A stretch of 64,000 nucleotides of DNA from Octopus bimaculoides (lineage: Eukaryota), in contig NC_068988.1 of the NCBI RefSeq assembly GCF_001194135.2, forward strand, positions 4,235,456 to 4,299,455. Reading direction: 5' to 3'. Below the pieces are notes generated by a model, which was not told where the DNA came from, did not search any database, and worked only from the letters and a program-made list of their open reading frames with translations. The position numbers and the translations under genes are program-made. This document shows, piece by piece, positions 12,905-25,712 of the stretch. Numbering within the stretch: the first letter of the stretch is position 1; every line of letters begins with the position of its first letter.

Positions 12905-13521
12905 ATTCTATGATGTGCAACAACATGAGTCAAGTCAATTCCATGAGGAATCATAACAGAAATGTTATGATTTATATGCAAGGCTGGACGTGTAAAGATT
13001 CCCATTTGGTGTACGCAGCAGAATGCACAAAACACAACTTGATTTATGTTGGTTGTACAACAGAACAATTAAACAAAAGATCAAACAGCTGCAATTTTGA
13101 AAAAAACTTGAAAGTACATATTCTCAGAAACTATTTTGAATCTGCTACATTTTCAGTCCTTAAAATGCATGAGAAGAGATATATGTTATTAGCATCAAAC
13201 CCTGGAGGGATGAATAAAACAAAAGGGGAATTTCATCATATTTACACAAAGCTGTTTGATTAAATATTCTTTTTTCTTTNNNNNNNNNNNNNNNNNNNNN
13301 NNNNNNNNNNNNNNNNNNNNNNNNNNNNNNNNNNNNNNNNNNNNNNNNNNNNNNNNNNNNNNNNNNNNNNNNNNNNNNNNNNNNNNNNNNNNNATTTCCA
13401 TAATTTTGAATTTCTATGAATCACTTTTCATTTTGAACTCAATAAAGACAGGCTAGCTGTCGAAATATCGTTCAACCAATAAAACATCTATTGTAATCGC
13501 ATCACACTCTTTGTACTGTCT
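12905..13521 (+). mobile_element. Inverted second copy of the same Penelope-like 3' region
   Basis: ORF 12910-13263 CKDSHLVYAAECTKHNLIYVGCTTEQLNK... has an in-frame internal deletion relative to the left copy. 13394-13521 is the reverse complement of 11760-11890. Confidence 0.88.
13433..13475 (+). ncRNA. Hammerhead-like motif with variant core in the Penelope terminal repeat (mirror copy 11808-11850, minus strand)
   Basis: TTGAAC-TCAATAA-A-GACAG-gctag-CTGTC-GAAA-TA-TC-GTTCAA: stem I and stem II pair perfectly, followed by GAAA and an AUC triplet. The core departs from CTGANGA. Confidence 0.5.
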
Positions 13522-14091
13522 AATAATGATGACAATAATAATAATAATAATAATAACAATAATAATAATAATTATTATTATTATTGTTATTATTTTTATT
13601 ATTGGCCTCAAAGAAGAGATTCCAAAATGGGTAGGGGGTATATGGTGGGGTGCAAATTCATAGTACAGTATATTGAAATTGGTTACAATAGTGTAAAAAT
13701 AATAATAACACAAACAACCCACTCACACAACAGTGAGATACTTCCAACAAGGTAAGATTAGAAACCCCTCATGACTCTGGCCATCTTTTATTCCAATCAC
13801 CTTCTGTAAATTGAAATATCAATCCATAATTGTCCCTAAGCATTCTTTTGTTTTTGTTAATTTAAGAGAATACTCTCTGAACAATAATCCTTTCACTGTT
13901 GATGTGATCATAAAATGTTTCAATTTTACTTTGAAATCCCTAAAGCAACCTCTAAATTTACTTGTCTAATTATATTCTACCATTTTACTTAAATAAAAAA
14001 GTAGTTTTTACCCAACACATTTAAAACAATTTATTTTTTAATTCTGCATTTTCATAAACTTCTTCAGATTTGGCTTTCATCATATTTTTAG

Positions 14092-14168
<77 letters not shown>

Positions 14169-14170
14169 CA
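14092..14170. repeat. (ATT)n microsatellite
   Basis: Direct reading. Confidence 0.95.
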
Positions 14171-14899
14171 TTATTTGCATTCCCACTTGGTCTCATGCAA
14201 ACAACATTTGAATTATTTGTTTTAGCTTGTAATTTAGCATTAGAATATTTAACAAATGGCCATTGTAACAAATGATCATTATATCTCATTATTACAATGG
14301 TTATTACATCCAGTTATTACAATGATCATTATATCCAGTTATTGCTATGAATTTGTTTTATTATGATAGAACCAACAAATGTTGAATAAAAAAAAAAGTG
14401 ACAATGGCCTTTCATGAAACCAAATGACTTTATTTTTCTTTTCATTAGTTAACCATGAAATGAATATTTATTCAATAATTTCCCATGAAAGACATGATTA
14501 GAAATGAAATATTTTCACATTGTTTATTCACAGTTTGAAGCCCTGCAATAATACACAGCAAAATATGATGATTTTTTGGAGGTAAATTTCAAGAATTGAT
14601 TCAAGGTAAGAGCAAAATGAAAAAAAAAAAGAGAGGGATAACGTTTTGAAGCAAGAATTTACTGAACATCAAACCTTAATATTAACATATGATGAAATAT
14701 CTGACACTGTGTGTGTTGAAAGAAGAAATCTTCTGGATTGTTGGGGTATGAAGCAGGCAGAAAAATTCATGATAACATATGACAGGTTACTTGCTATTAA
14801 TTAGAAACTTGACTCTCATCACTGAGCAAAATTTGGGTCCAAAGTATTTAGAGAATCCATACTTTAAAAGAACAGAGAAACTGTAATGTTGAAGCATCA

Positions 14900-16300
14900 G
14901 AAACCAATAATGTAGTCCAGCAGGAATATATTTGAAAAGAAATAAATAGCTTTTATCAAAAGCCCATAATATATGTATAATGCAACTTAAAAACATTGGG
15001 AGATGTTATTTTGTCAACAACCATTGATAAAATAATGAAAGAACATATATAAGCATCACAAAATTTTTAATACTGTCTACAATATAAAAAAACAAAACAG
15101 GCCATTTCCAGATATTGAAGTACAAATAAAAAATGGATCAGATATAGGAATTGGACTTTATTCTAGCAAGATAACTGTAAAATATTTGATTATATTGTGA
15201 AAGAAATTAAAAATGAAATATTTTCAAAAATAATTCAACAGAAATGAAAACGTTGTGCTATCATTGATGAGATTCCAATGATTTCAAGTTGACCAGTTTT
15301 GTCATTTTTATAAAAGTTGAGGATTATGGCTTTTTCACCAACAGATTTTTTTCAGTTTTAGCGATCTGAAAGAACATGATACAGAAACAGTAAACAATTC
15401 CATATTCCAGTGTCTAAATTTTTCAGGATTTGATAATGAATATCTAAAAATTAAACTGATTGCATTTGTTCTGATGGAGCAAGTGTTATGCTTGGCAAGA
15501 ATTCAGGAACAAGTGTTAAACTTAAAAACAATTTTCCTGAGATCATACTTCAGCACTGCTTGAGTCATCACATGTACTTTGTTTCAGGTGATTCTCTCAA
15601 AGACATCAAACAAATAAACCACTTCAAAAATATCTATTGATTAGATATGCAGGATCATTCACCAATCAAATGGAGCTTATCAAAATTTCAAGACAACTTG
15701 GATTAGAAATCCAAAAGTTTACTAGAGTTTTAGAACCAAGATGGGTTACTAGTATCCTTAGATCAACAGCTACATTGAGATGTTTATCCAGCAGTATTTG
15801 AATAATTTTCTTCTAGTGAAATTATGAGGGATACTGATGGGATACTAACAAAATTATGAGGATACTGGTGAAATCATGGTGAAATCATTTTTGAACCCAT
15901 CTAACTTTTCTTCAGTCACTTAGCAGAACATATGCTCATCAACATCCCAAACATCTGAGTTTATGCCCTTTTTCTGACTCAATCAAATAATGTCAAAATT
16001 ATTCTAGGCTGTGGATAAGTTAAAAATAAAAATATTGACTAAGCTGAAAAGAGTTAAAACACAACCGAAATTTATATAAAAACACTAGCTATACTTGAGT
16101 CATTCCACAAAAATCAGAAATAGCAAATGACAAAGAACTCCAGTGGTTTGTTATATGATGAAGATGTAAAGATGTTGAATGAAATGGTTAAGAGCAGATG
16201 ATGAGACATTATTCAAAGAAAAAATGGAATCAAGATGTACACATATATTCTTTATTGCTTTGGTTGATTGGAATTGGTTATATCCATGACCTTTGCACAC
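14900..16300 (+). pseudogene. hAT (ZNF862-like) transposase fossil
   Basis: Broken frames give KIFNTVYNIK.QNRPFPDIE, DGASVMLGKNSG (15473-15508), IILQHCLSH and RVLEPRWVTS, matching the hAT DG(A)xxM, CxxH and RW motifs. Many stops and frameshifts; boundaries approximate. Confidence 0.82.
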
Positions 16301-18096
16301 CCTCTGAGTCCAGAAAAACAAAGGCAAGGAGAGAATTTAAGGTTTATAAAGGAAAGAAAATTTGAATAGCAATGGAAGGATGCCAATGTATAAGAAATGG
16401 GAGACGAGGAAAAGACACCATCCTCTTAAATGAGGAGATAGTTCAATATTTTGGATAGAAAAAGAGTTGGAATTTAATGATGACTATATTAGAATGAATA
16501 ATAGGGATAGGGAGACTAAATGGTACATGGAAAGAAATTTAGTGGAATCTGGAAACGAAACTCAGTTAAAACCATATTTCTTTTTTTTTTTTTTGTAGTT
16601 AATAACGATTTTTTTTTCCTTTACAAAGAGTACTGACAGAGCCAAAACGAATTGTAAGTCAATCTGAAGAAATAGAGTAGAAACATCGCATGAGGATATT
16701 GATGGGAAGAATTTCTTTGAAGTGTAGAAATATAATAATTGGCAAGGTTGGAGGTGGGAGAGAAGTACACCATAATAATATACTTAGTCAGAATTTATAT
16801 TTTCTGTTCATTTACTTTTGCTTCAAGCAATTGTAGAACAATATGTATTGCTATATATTCTTCTGAGATACTGCACCAGAGAGAATTTTTGGACAGTATA
16901 TGTTTCGTCATAATGATCTCGGGAAGTTTTTTTCCATTCAAAATTTGTTCCATTATTTATGAAGGCAGACAGACGTCTTTGTCATAACTCATTGGTTCCA
17001 GTGAAGAATATGGTAAATAGCATATTTGTTGTTTGATTCTTTATTGTTACTACAAGATATATTTCTAAATGTCCAGCACAAAAAATATATTAAAAACAAA
17101 AATGAGTTTCTTGGATAGAGGTTTTTAATGGGTGCCAGTGTCAGGTGTTTGAGGTCCACCTGGTTAAATTAAATTTCTTTTGATGAAGCACAAGGGTTCT
17201 ACACCTACAAGTACACTAGAAGCAATGTTTGTGGTCCTGAACTCTACCTCCAAGGGGTACCTACGTAAATGTAGATGGAGTTGTTTAAGAGTTAAGTTTC
17301 TAGACCAAGAATACAATGCATGGTTAGAACTGAGATACAAATACCTATTTATGCATCTGTTTATGCTTTAATTGTAAATAAATATAAAACTTGTTTGTGA
17401 TGTTGATCAAGTAAATATTTTAATGAATAATTCCTAATCAACTGGAATAAATATTGAGATGAGGTTTATTGAGGAAATAAAAACACTATTTAAAGGGATA
17501 TTTTTATAAACATTGATCCTCGCAAAGCACACTTGCTTTGTTGAAAACAAAATTACAGGTTTCGGCAGAGCAAGATGTTTTTGTTTGGTAAATGATAAAG
17601 ATAGCAACACATTATTATTACTGACTCCTATGCAATTGACACAGCACAATGAATTGCAGCTTTGTCAAGGTAGTTATTAATGTGTAAATTGCACTTGATA
17701 GCAGGAGACTGCACCGAGAGAAAATAGCAATCTTTGCTGGAATGTATTTAAATAGATTTATTGTTTGAGATACAGATATACAGAGGCTTTTTAATGCAAA
17801 GGATATTATAGATATCTTTAGATTCAATAATAATCAATATGTTAAGAAAAAAAATTAAACCCCTACAGATTTTGAAATGGTGCATTGCTGAAAGGATGGC
17901 TAAATGGAATTGTCATAGTTTTATGATTTCAAGGCAAGCCTATAGTCCAATCATGGCATTAGGTATTGTAGTATTATACCATACTGAATGGCATGATATT
18001 GTTATACTTTGTGCAGTTGAGGAGTTTGTTTCCCAACTACATGGTTTTAGGTTCAATCCCACTGCATGTTACCCTGGGTAAGTATCTTCTACTACA

Positions 18097-18104
<8 letters not shown>

Positions 18105-18144
<40 letters not shown>

Positions 18145-18420
18145 GCTTGAGACAGGCACACACTCAGACAGGCACACACACGCACACACAAGGTGACAGA
18201 GGTACACACACACATACACACACACACGCACATACATAAAAACACACAAACACATGAATATGCAGAATACATATGTACACACATACATATGCACACACAC
18301 ATATACATGCATACACACACATATACATGCATACACACACATGCATACATACATGCATGCATGTATAGGAACACACACACACAAACACACATACACTGAT
18401 CCACACACATGCACACAAAC
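18105..18420. repeat. Compound (TA)n/(GA)n/(CA)n microsatellite block
   Basis: Direct reading; explains the HT, CV and YI ORFs. Confidence 0.9.
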
Positions 18421-18744
18421 AAACAAAAAGGAATGCAGTGTGAGTAACGGACAGAGTCAAGACTATTGAAGAGGTTGCAAGATGCAACAAAAATTTTAGA
18501 AAAATAAAAAAGAAGTAAGTGGAAATTTTACCGGTGAGTGTGTTAAATTATCAAGCACCAAAAGAAAATGACTCTCCCCAGACACAAGAGAATATATATA
18601 TGGGAATGAGAAAGGAACAAAATACCTGTCACCTTGCTGCACTCAAGAAGACTCGTTCTCTACAGCAGAAGCGTCAAGGCCAGTTTCCCTGGTGTAGAGG
18701 ATTGACCTACAAGAGTCTTGTGCTGATACCACGTGAAAAGCACT

Positions 18745-18935
18745 CATACCAGTACCACATTAGAAGCACCCACCACACACTATATTATGTGGTTGGCATT
18801 AGGAAGGGCATCCAGTCATAGAAGCTATAGCAAATCAGACTGGAGCCTGATGCAGCTCTCCAGCTTGCAAACTCAAGGCAAATCATCCAACCCATGCCAG
18901 CATGGACAATGGACGTTAAATGATGATGATGATGA
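18745..18935 (+). mobile_element. SINE family B copy with (GAT)n tail
   Basis: ggttggcattaggaagggcatccag...ccaacccatgccagcatgga...ggacgttaaatgatgatgat; same as 39040-39200 and 62040-62195. Confidence 0.8.
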
Positions 18936-18940
18936 CAATG

Positions 18941-19014
<74 letters not shown>

Positions 19015-19397
19015 AATGTTAAATGACACAGGTATGGAACACTTAATTTAAGACTCTGAGTTATTTAGCAGCAATACATTTTGCCCTGCATCAGCTTCTA
19101 CAAGTTAATCCATGCTTTTATATGGGAGCAAACAGTGTTGGTGAAAGCCAAAGGTTGCACGCACACACCTACAGCTTCCACCAATGGAGATTGTTCCCAT
19201 ATCGAGTATGCATTAAACTTGCAAATGGTGATGCAGTGCAGCAGTGCATTAAATTGCTACTCAGAAACTCAAAATCTTTACTGTAAGTGTTCCATTCCTG
19301 TATCATTTTATAAATTCTATAAAAAGATACTTTTGGTGTTACACACATAGTTTGTTGATATATATATATGTATATATATATATAGAGAGAGAGAGAG

Positions 19398-20010
19398 AGA
19401 ATGTAAATAAGTAACAAGGATGTACAGGTGTCAATACAATTCCGCTGTTTCAAGTGCTTCCATTTAATTGATCATTGAAAACATTACATCAATTTGAAAG
19501 AAACTGCTCTCTTCAGACACAGATGGCTATTTAAGATTTCAGACATAAAGGATAAACCATTTGTAACAATTTTACATCAATAATAGAAAGCCAAATAATT
19601 ACATTGTTTCTTTATGTAATATCTGTGACAGAATGAGTTAAGAAAGTAATGCACATCTTATTAAGCTTTCTATAATTTAGAGAGTAGCAGAGGAAAAAAA
19701 TTGTTGTGGGTCACTATTTTGTTAATCTCTAAATTATAGACAGCTTAATAGATATGCATTACTTTCTTAACTCATTCTGTCACAGATATTACATAAAGAA
19801 ACAATGTAATTATTTTGCTTTCTATTATTGATGTAAATTTGTTACAAATAGTTTATCCTTTATGTCTGAAATCTTAAATAGCCATCTGTGTCTGAAGAGA
19901 GCAGTTTCTTTCAAATTGATGTAATGTTTTCAATGATCAATTAAAGGGAAGCACTTGAAACAGCTGTAATGTATTGACACCTGTACATCCTTGTTACTTA
20001 TTTACATTCT
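19398..20010. repeat. Long fold-back inverted repeat (MITE-like)
   Basis: Arms 19398-19683 and 19726-20010 are reverse complements with about 10 differences by eye; 42-bp spacer. Confidence 0.93.
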
Positions 20011-20096
20011 GTTCACCTAACTTGGAGTTGTGCAGACTGTACCGAACTGGCAAGGTGCCTCAGCTTGAGTACTTAATTTAACTGAATCTTAATTAT

Positions 20097-20136
<40 letters not shown>

Positions 20137-20399
20137 CGAATGTTTGTATCTCCTTGTCTTATAATCAGAAGACCGTTCTCTATGAATGTCATTCTCTTCC
20201 AGGCTTCTGTCAAACAGATGTCTGGCCATGAAAAAGTATTACTTTGCTTAGAAACTGGTAAGAATTGATAACAGGAAGGGCATCCAACCATGAAAATCTT
20301 GCTTAATAAGCTACAACCATGTAGGCATGCAAAGTGGATGCTAAAATGATTATAATTATTGGTAAATTAATAGATATTCCTTTAATGAACATCATATAT

Positions 20400-20865
20400 C
20401 TCTGGCCTCATATGTGAATCATCCTTAATTTTGGTCCTTTGGTCCCTCGCCTGCTTAGTCTATAATTGTCCTGCTCAGCTTCTCTCCAACCTTTTTAGTT
20501 GAGAGTGGATATCAAGGTCACTAACTGAGTCCTAGAACTGCTCAACTATTTAGCCTTTAATCCTAGAGTTTCCAAACTTTTCTTCTGTATGGAACTAGAA
20601 TTCACATACGCTGCAAACCCTCATAAACAATGACCACTCATCTGTAAAATATTTCTTTCACCACAACCATGCAGTATCTCCTTTCTCAAACTAAAGTTAA
20701 ATTCTCTCTTTAAGCTGGTTACTTTCTTTCTTGAAAATTCCACCTACAGTTTAACAAAGTACCAATAAAGATCAAGATGGACCCTAATTATTTTAACCTC
20801 TTTGAAGAATGCAATTGTGTCTACCTAATACTTCAGATCTTCCCCCAAGTCAAACAGTTGTTATT

Positions 20866-20897
<32 letters not shown>

Positions 20898-21350
20898 TGT
20901 ATGTATGTATGTATGTATGTATGTATGAATGTATACATACATGCATACATCCCTTATTTCTCAGAGTCACTTCACTCAGCAGGGAAGAAATTACCTATTT
21001 TATCTCAGACTTCAAAAATTACCTTCTTGTATTGATTTCCCATCCACTTACTTCCATCATTCATTCACTTATCTTGATTCATTAATTTCTATTCATATCA
21101 TCTATTTTCTCATCTTTATTTACTTCAAACTCTCTGATTTTTCTCTCTGTGAATATCTTCTCCCTATCTCTAATAACATTCAAAGGTTCTCCAAAACAAT
21201 GGCCCAACATTTTATTCTACAAGCCACCTGTTACTCTCCCAGACTGTAACACTGCCTTCTAGCAACAATTGTCACACATCCACAGACTTAAAAACATATT
21301 TTTCTACTTCTCTCTTGTACAACTACTATCCTTCATGGAATGTAAAGTAG
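20400..21350 (-). mobile_element. Degenerate RTE-like LINE 3' half, interrupted by (ATGT)n
   Basis: Purine-rich minus strand with remnants RIKCWA, EILHGCGE and a terminal GRG.GPK, in the order expected for the RTE C-terminus. Heavily decayed. Confidence 0.45.
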
Positions 21351-21809
21351 TACCACTCTCTATAAATACTTATATATTACCTAACCTAACCATTTCATAG
21401 TACTGCCACCTTTGATGTTTCTCTGTCCATTAATGTAGTCCTATCACCTATCATTTTTCTCTGACTCTTTTCTTACAGTATATTCTTTTTCATTATACTT
21501 TTTCATTACTCTCTCCTTTCCCACCTCATTTTTTGTTCTATTTGTATGTACATGTTATGTTACGCATATATATATGTATATGTACAGATACTTATATATT
21601 TGCACATGAGTATATTTACGTATTCACAGAGAGAATATATCAGTATGTGAGTACCTACTCAAAAGAGAGAAAAGAGAGAGAGAGAGAGAGAAAGCGTTCC
21701 CTCAAGTCAACATCTTTACGATTGATTAAAAGTGTGATTAACAATATGCATGGTATTGCACCCACAAAAGTTGCTGAATTATAAGGGAGAGTAAGTTGCC
21801 TCTTCCATT

Positions 21810-22380
21810 TGTAGACACCTAGGGAAAGTGTTAACAAAACTGTAGCCACCCATACCTGGGAAATGGTGAAGACATTGGCAGCAGGACCAACAAGGTGGAG
21901 GAGTTCTTGACTAATAGTTTGAAGGTTACTAAGGCTAAGTGGAGGATCTGTACCATCAGACAACAGTTGGACATCAACTAGTAAGTTGCTACTACAGAGC
22001 AAGCCCATCATTGACTATGCTCATTGCACTCTTGTACACCAATTGGTATTTGGTATGGAGGCCCAGAGAGGTAGCCTAGAGGGAGTGCAATGTCAACTGT
22101 CTTATTGACCATCCATAGTAATTTTGTTCTGAACAGAAAAGTCAATGTCAAAGTACAGTAGACAACTGACAATGATTAAAGAATGGAAGGTAAGGAAGGG
22201 TCAGCCAACCAGCCAACCAGCCAGCCAGCCTGCCAGCCAGCCAACCAGGTTGTGGTATGGAAGCCAATACATGACCATCAGAGGAAAGGCAATCCTATGC
22301 CAACATGCATTAGTGTTCTTGATGATACAGAAGTGGAAATTTCTGATGAGTTAACAAAATGTGTGGAAGATTGAAATAAG
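21810..22380 (+). mobile_element. Two short RTE 3'-terminal fragments
   Basis: TWEMVKTLAAGPTRWRS (~21850-21907) and WKPIHDHQRKGNPMPTCISVLDDT (~22256-22330) resemble RTE tails (TW..V..LA.DR..WR; W.P.HG.R..GRP..TY...L..DT). Confidence 0.5.
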
Positions 22381-23034
22381 TAGAAGAGCCACTGGCAGAC
22401 TGATTTGATTTGCGATTGACCTAAATAAATATGACCTATTCATCTCGCTTTATGTAGTCATTTGTGTTTTGTTAATTTATTGTAAAAGAGTACATCTAAA
22501 TAAAAACAAATAAGAGTACAAATATTACATCTAAAAAAGAAAAAAATTTCATTTACTCTGGAGATGTTGAGGTGATTAGAGAAACAGGGAAACAGAGATA
22601 TTATTTTTGGAGACCAGCCATTTTTAAAAAACTTGTAGATTGTTGATTTAATTTCTTTTTTTCTTTTGGTACCATGAGAAAACAAGGAAAATCAGCTTGA
22701 GGACATATTCTCCAACAAAGGCACCATGGCAAAATACAATTCGATATTGTAAGTAACTCTGTAGAGTTGCTCCACCTGCTAAAAATAGCAGCTAGTTTCA
22801 GAGAGAAGAGAGAGAGAGAGAGAGAGAGCATTCCCTCAAGTCAACAGCTTTACAATTGATTAAAAGGGAGAGTAAGTTACCCATTCTGTCCAGGATGCAT
22901 GGAATAATATTGTCCAATATAATAAGATGGGAAGGTCATGTCATGGCTGGGCTACAATTGATTTTAAGTCAGTTCAAACAAGACTGACCTAAAATTATAC
23001 AAGAACAACAATGGAACATTGATTTTAAATTTTC

Positions 23035-23242
23035 GAATTTTGGCACAAAGCCAGTAAGTTTGGGGGAGGGGGATGAATCAATTACATCCACCCTAGTGTT
23101 CAACTGGTACTTATTTTATCGATCTCAAAAGGTTGAAAGGCAAAGTCAACCTCAGCAGAATTTGAACTCAGAGCATAAAGATGGACAAGATGCCATGAAG
23201 CATTTTTCCTGGTGTTCTAATGGTTCTGCCAGCCTTAATTAG
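23035..23242 (-). mobile_element. tRNA-derived SINE family D copy
   Basis: caactggtacttattttatcgat...gaaaggcaaagtcaacctcagcagaatttgaactcag; the B-box-like gagttcaaattc is on the minus strand. Confidence 0.8.
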
Positions 23243-25114
23243 AAGAACAATGGAACATCAATATTTAATAGTAACATCATCAAATAATTGACAGCTATTT
23301 CTTTAAGTTACAGTGTTGGGTTCAATTCCTGTCATAAATATAATTCAGTGATGGATCTACTTCACAGGGTTACATGGATGAGAGGAATCTCATGAAAGAA
23401 TATTCAGTTTTCGGTGATGGTATATTGATCCCTTGCATTAAAGAACATTCCCTACCCTCCTATTCAGGTACAATGGTGTTGTCTTGATATAACATTGGGA
23501 TTAATTTCATAGACAAGAATTTCAATCTGTGAAAGGATGTATTTAATATTTCTATTAATATACAGAGAAATATGGTGAAACTGCAGTGTGAATTTGTTAA
23601 CTTTATTATTCCAAACTAATTGATCTTCTCCGCCTTCTGATCTCATGTCAGATATAAGTTTAGTAATGAGATAACACTGAAATCATTGCTTAAATGCCCA
23701 GAGCTTAGCTAATGACAAGCGAAACAATATGGCCTTTTCTAGACAACACTGATATTTCCCAAATGTTTTCGAAAGTTGCAAAATTTGATTCTAAATTCTC
23801 GAAACATTCCATTGATGAAATACTCAGCACATTGAAGATAACATCTGCTTTTGATATCAGAAAATCTCTCATTGTACTTACAAGACATATTATTTTGAAA
23901 AGCGCACAAATTCTTTTGTGAATACGGCATAACTAGGATGAGCATTCTGGTTGCCTCTCCTAACTCATTTTATGCCCGGACTATCACTAAATCTTAGAAT
24001 TGGTTAATTATGTTGATTGTAGAAGAATACATTTTCTTTATTTCTTCAGTTATTCATATCAGTCCATCATGCAGTGGTAAGTGATGAGAGCAATTGATAC
24101 AATATAGCACGAACAACAGTTGTGGTTATGTCATTTAGTAAGCTATAGAAAGTCTTAATACTTCTGTGAGGAATTTGATTAAAAGATCTTCAGATATAAA
24201 CTAGAAAGAAAGAAAATGGAATTAAACATTGAAAGCAATTAATGCACAGAGAAATGAAGAGTGGAATGCTTTTCAGATATAAACCTTTTGATAGAATTGT
24301 ATGCAGTTGGCCTTAAAAATAACTTCTTCAATTAAGCGAACTTGTATTTTATTGCTTATTTAGTTACAAGTTATTAATTTATGTAAAACATCCCAAAATA
24401 TTCTCTCTCATATTCTTACCAAACAAACTGTGACCGATTTCAAAATACGAGAATACAAATCAGTAAGAGAAAAATAAATGAATTCAAAATTGTACCAAAA
24501 CAGTTCTACACATAATTCTTGTTTAAAATCCTTCATTATAAATACGCTTAAGTAATTTTTTGTTTCTCCTTATTTTCTTAATCAATTTAGTGTCTTCATA
24601 GCCACCTGTCCATCACAACCACAACCCTTTCTGTTAGGTAATCTTGTTTTGGTTCAACAATAAATAATAATAATAAAGTAACTTGTTTGTGACCTAAGCA
24701 CATATTCCTTCTTTACTATTATGTTGTTCCTTGTACTTCTGATAGAGAGATATGGCTTCTACTGAGACAAAGATTACTCAATATGAAGAACAACAACTGC
24801 AAAAATAAAACTGCTATGGCAGAAAGAGCTATTTTGAGAATTGCTGCCATGACAAATATACCCACTCAGTTCTTTTGATGGTTAATAATATAAAGGGTAT
24901 AAAATCCCAGATAAAGTATGAATACTGAAATTCTTTCTGAAAAAAAAAAAAAAAAAGAGACATTAGACCCGTCCAGACCATGCAAGTATGGAAGAAAAGT
25001 GGACATTAAAACTATTTAGTTCTCAGTTTGCAACTTCTGCTCATCAAAAAGAATAAAATTGTGTGTGCATATATATATATATATATATACATGTGTGTGT
25101 TCACACACATATTG

Positions 25115-25320
25115 ATATTTGTTCCATCCAAGGTGTTGAGCTGGCAAAATCATTACTAGACTGGAAAAAATGCATAGCAGCATTTTTTCTGTCTTTACAT
25201 TCTGATTTCAAATGCCACCAGAGTCAATGAAATATGTACCAGTTGAGTACTGGGGTCGCTGTAATCGACTTTCATCTCCTCCCCCATTATTCCTGGCCTT
25301 GTACCAAAATTTGAAACCAA
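25115..25320 (+). mobile_element. tRNA-derived SINE family D copy
   Basis: aaggtgttgagctggcaaaatcattac...ctgatttcaaatgcc...gtaccagttgagtactggggtcg. Confidence 0.65.
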
Positions 25321-25397
25321 TATTTATTTCATTCTTTTCAGTTGTGTTTGATGTGCAGAATCAAAGCTACTGTAAACCATTGCAAGTTGATCAATGT

Positions 25398-25456
25398 CCA
25401 TTATTTACGTTATTTACATTGGACAGATATTTGTCCTCATTTTGTTTGTTGTTGTT

Positions 25457-25515
<59 letters not shown>

Positions 25516-25712
25516 CAACAGGAAAAATACTTTAGGAATGACAGCCCAGGTTCGAAATTCTCCCAGGACACTTGATGAAGGCTGAGAGTACATAAGCTGA
25601 AACATTGTGTTAACAACAAACAAGATGAGTACAAATATCCATGAAATGTAAATAATGTAAATAACGTAAATGATGTACATAATTCCTTATCTCTCAAATG
25701 TAGAACTATTTT
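25398..25712. mobile_element. Centre-deleted copy of the palindromic hammerhead-SINE
   Basis: Inverted tail at 25398-25460, then (AAT)n, linker, decayed hammerhead GACAC-TTGATGA...GAAAC-ATT-GTGTT (25567-25611) and tail. Flanked by ATCAATGT at 25390-25397 and 25713-25720. Confidence 0.8.

Noticed and set aside
19097-19282. Plus-strand segment with two open frames and a gtaagt donor
   Set aside because: Poor acceptors and no recognisable peptide in either frame.
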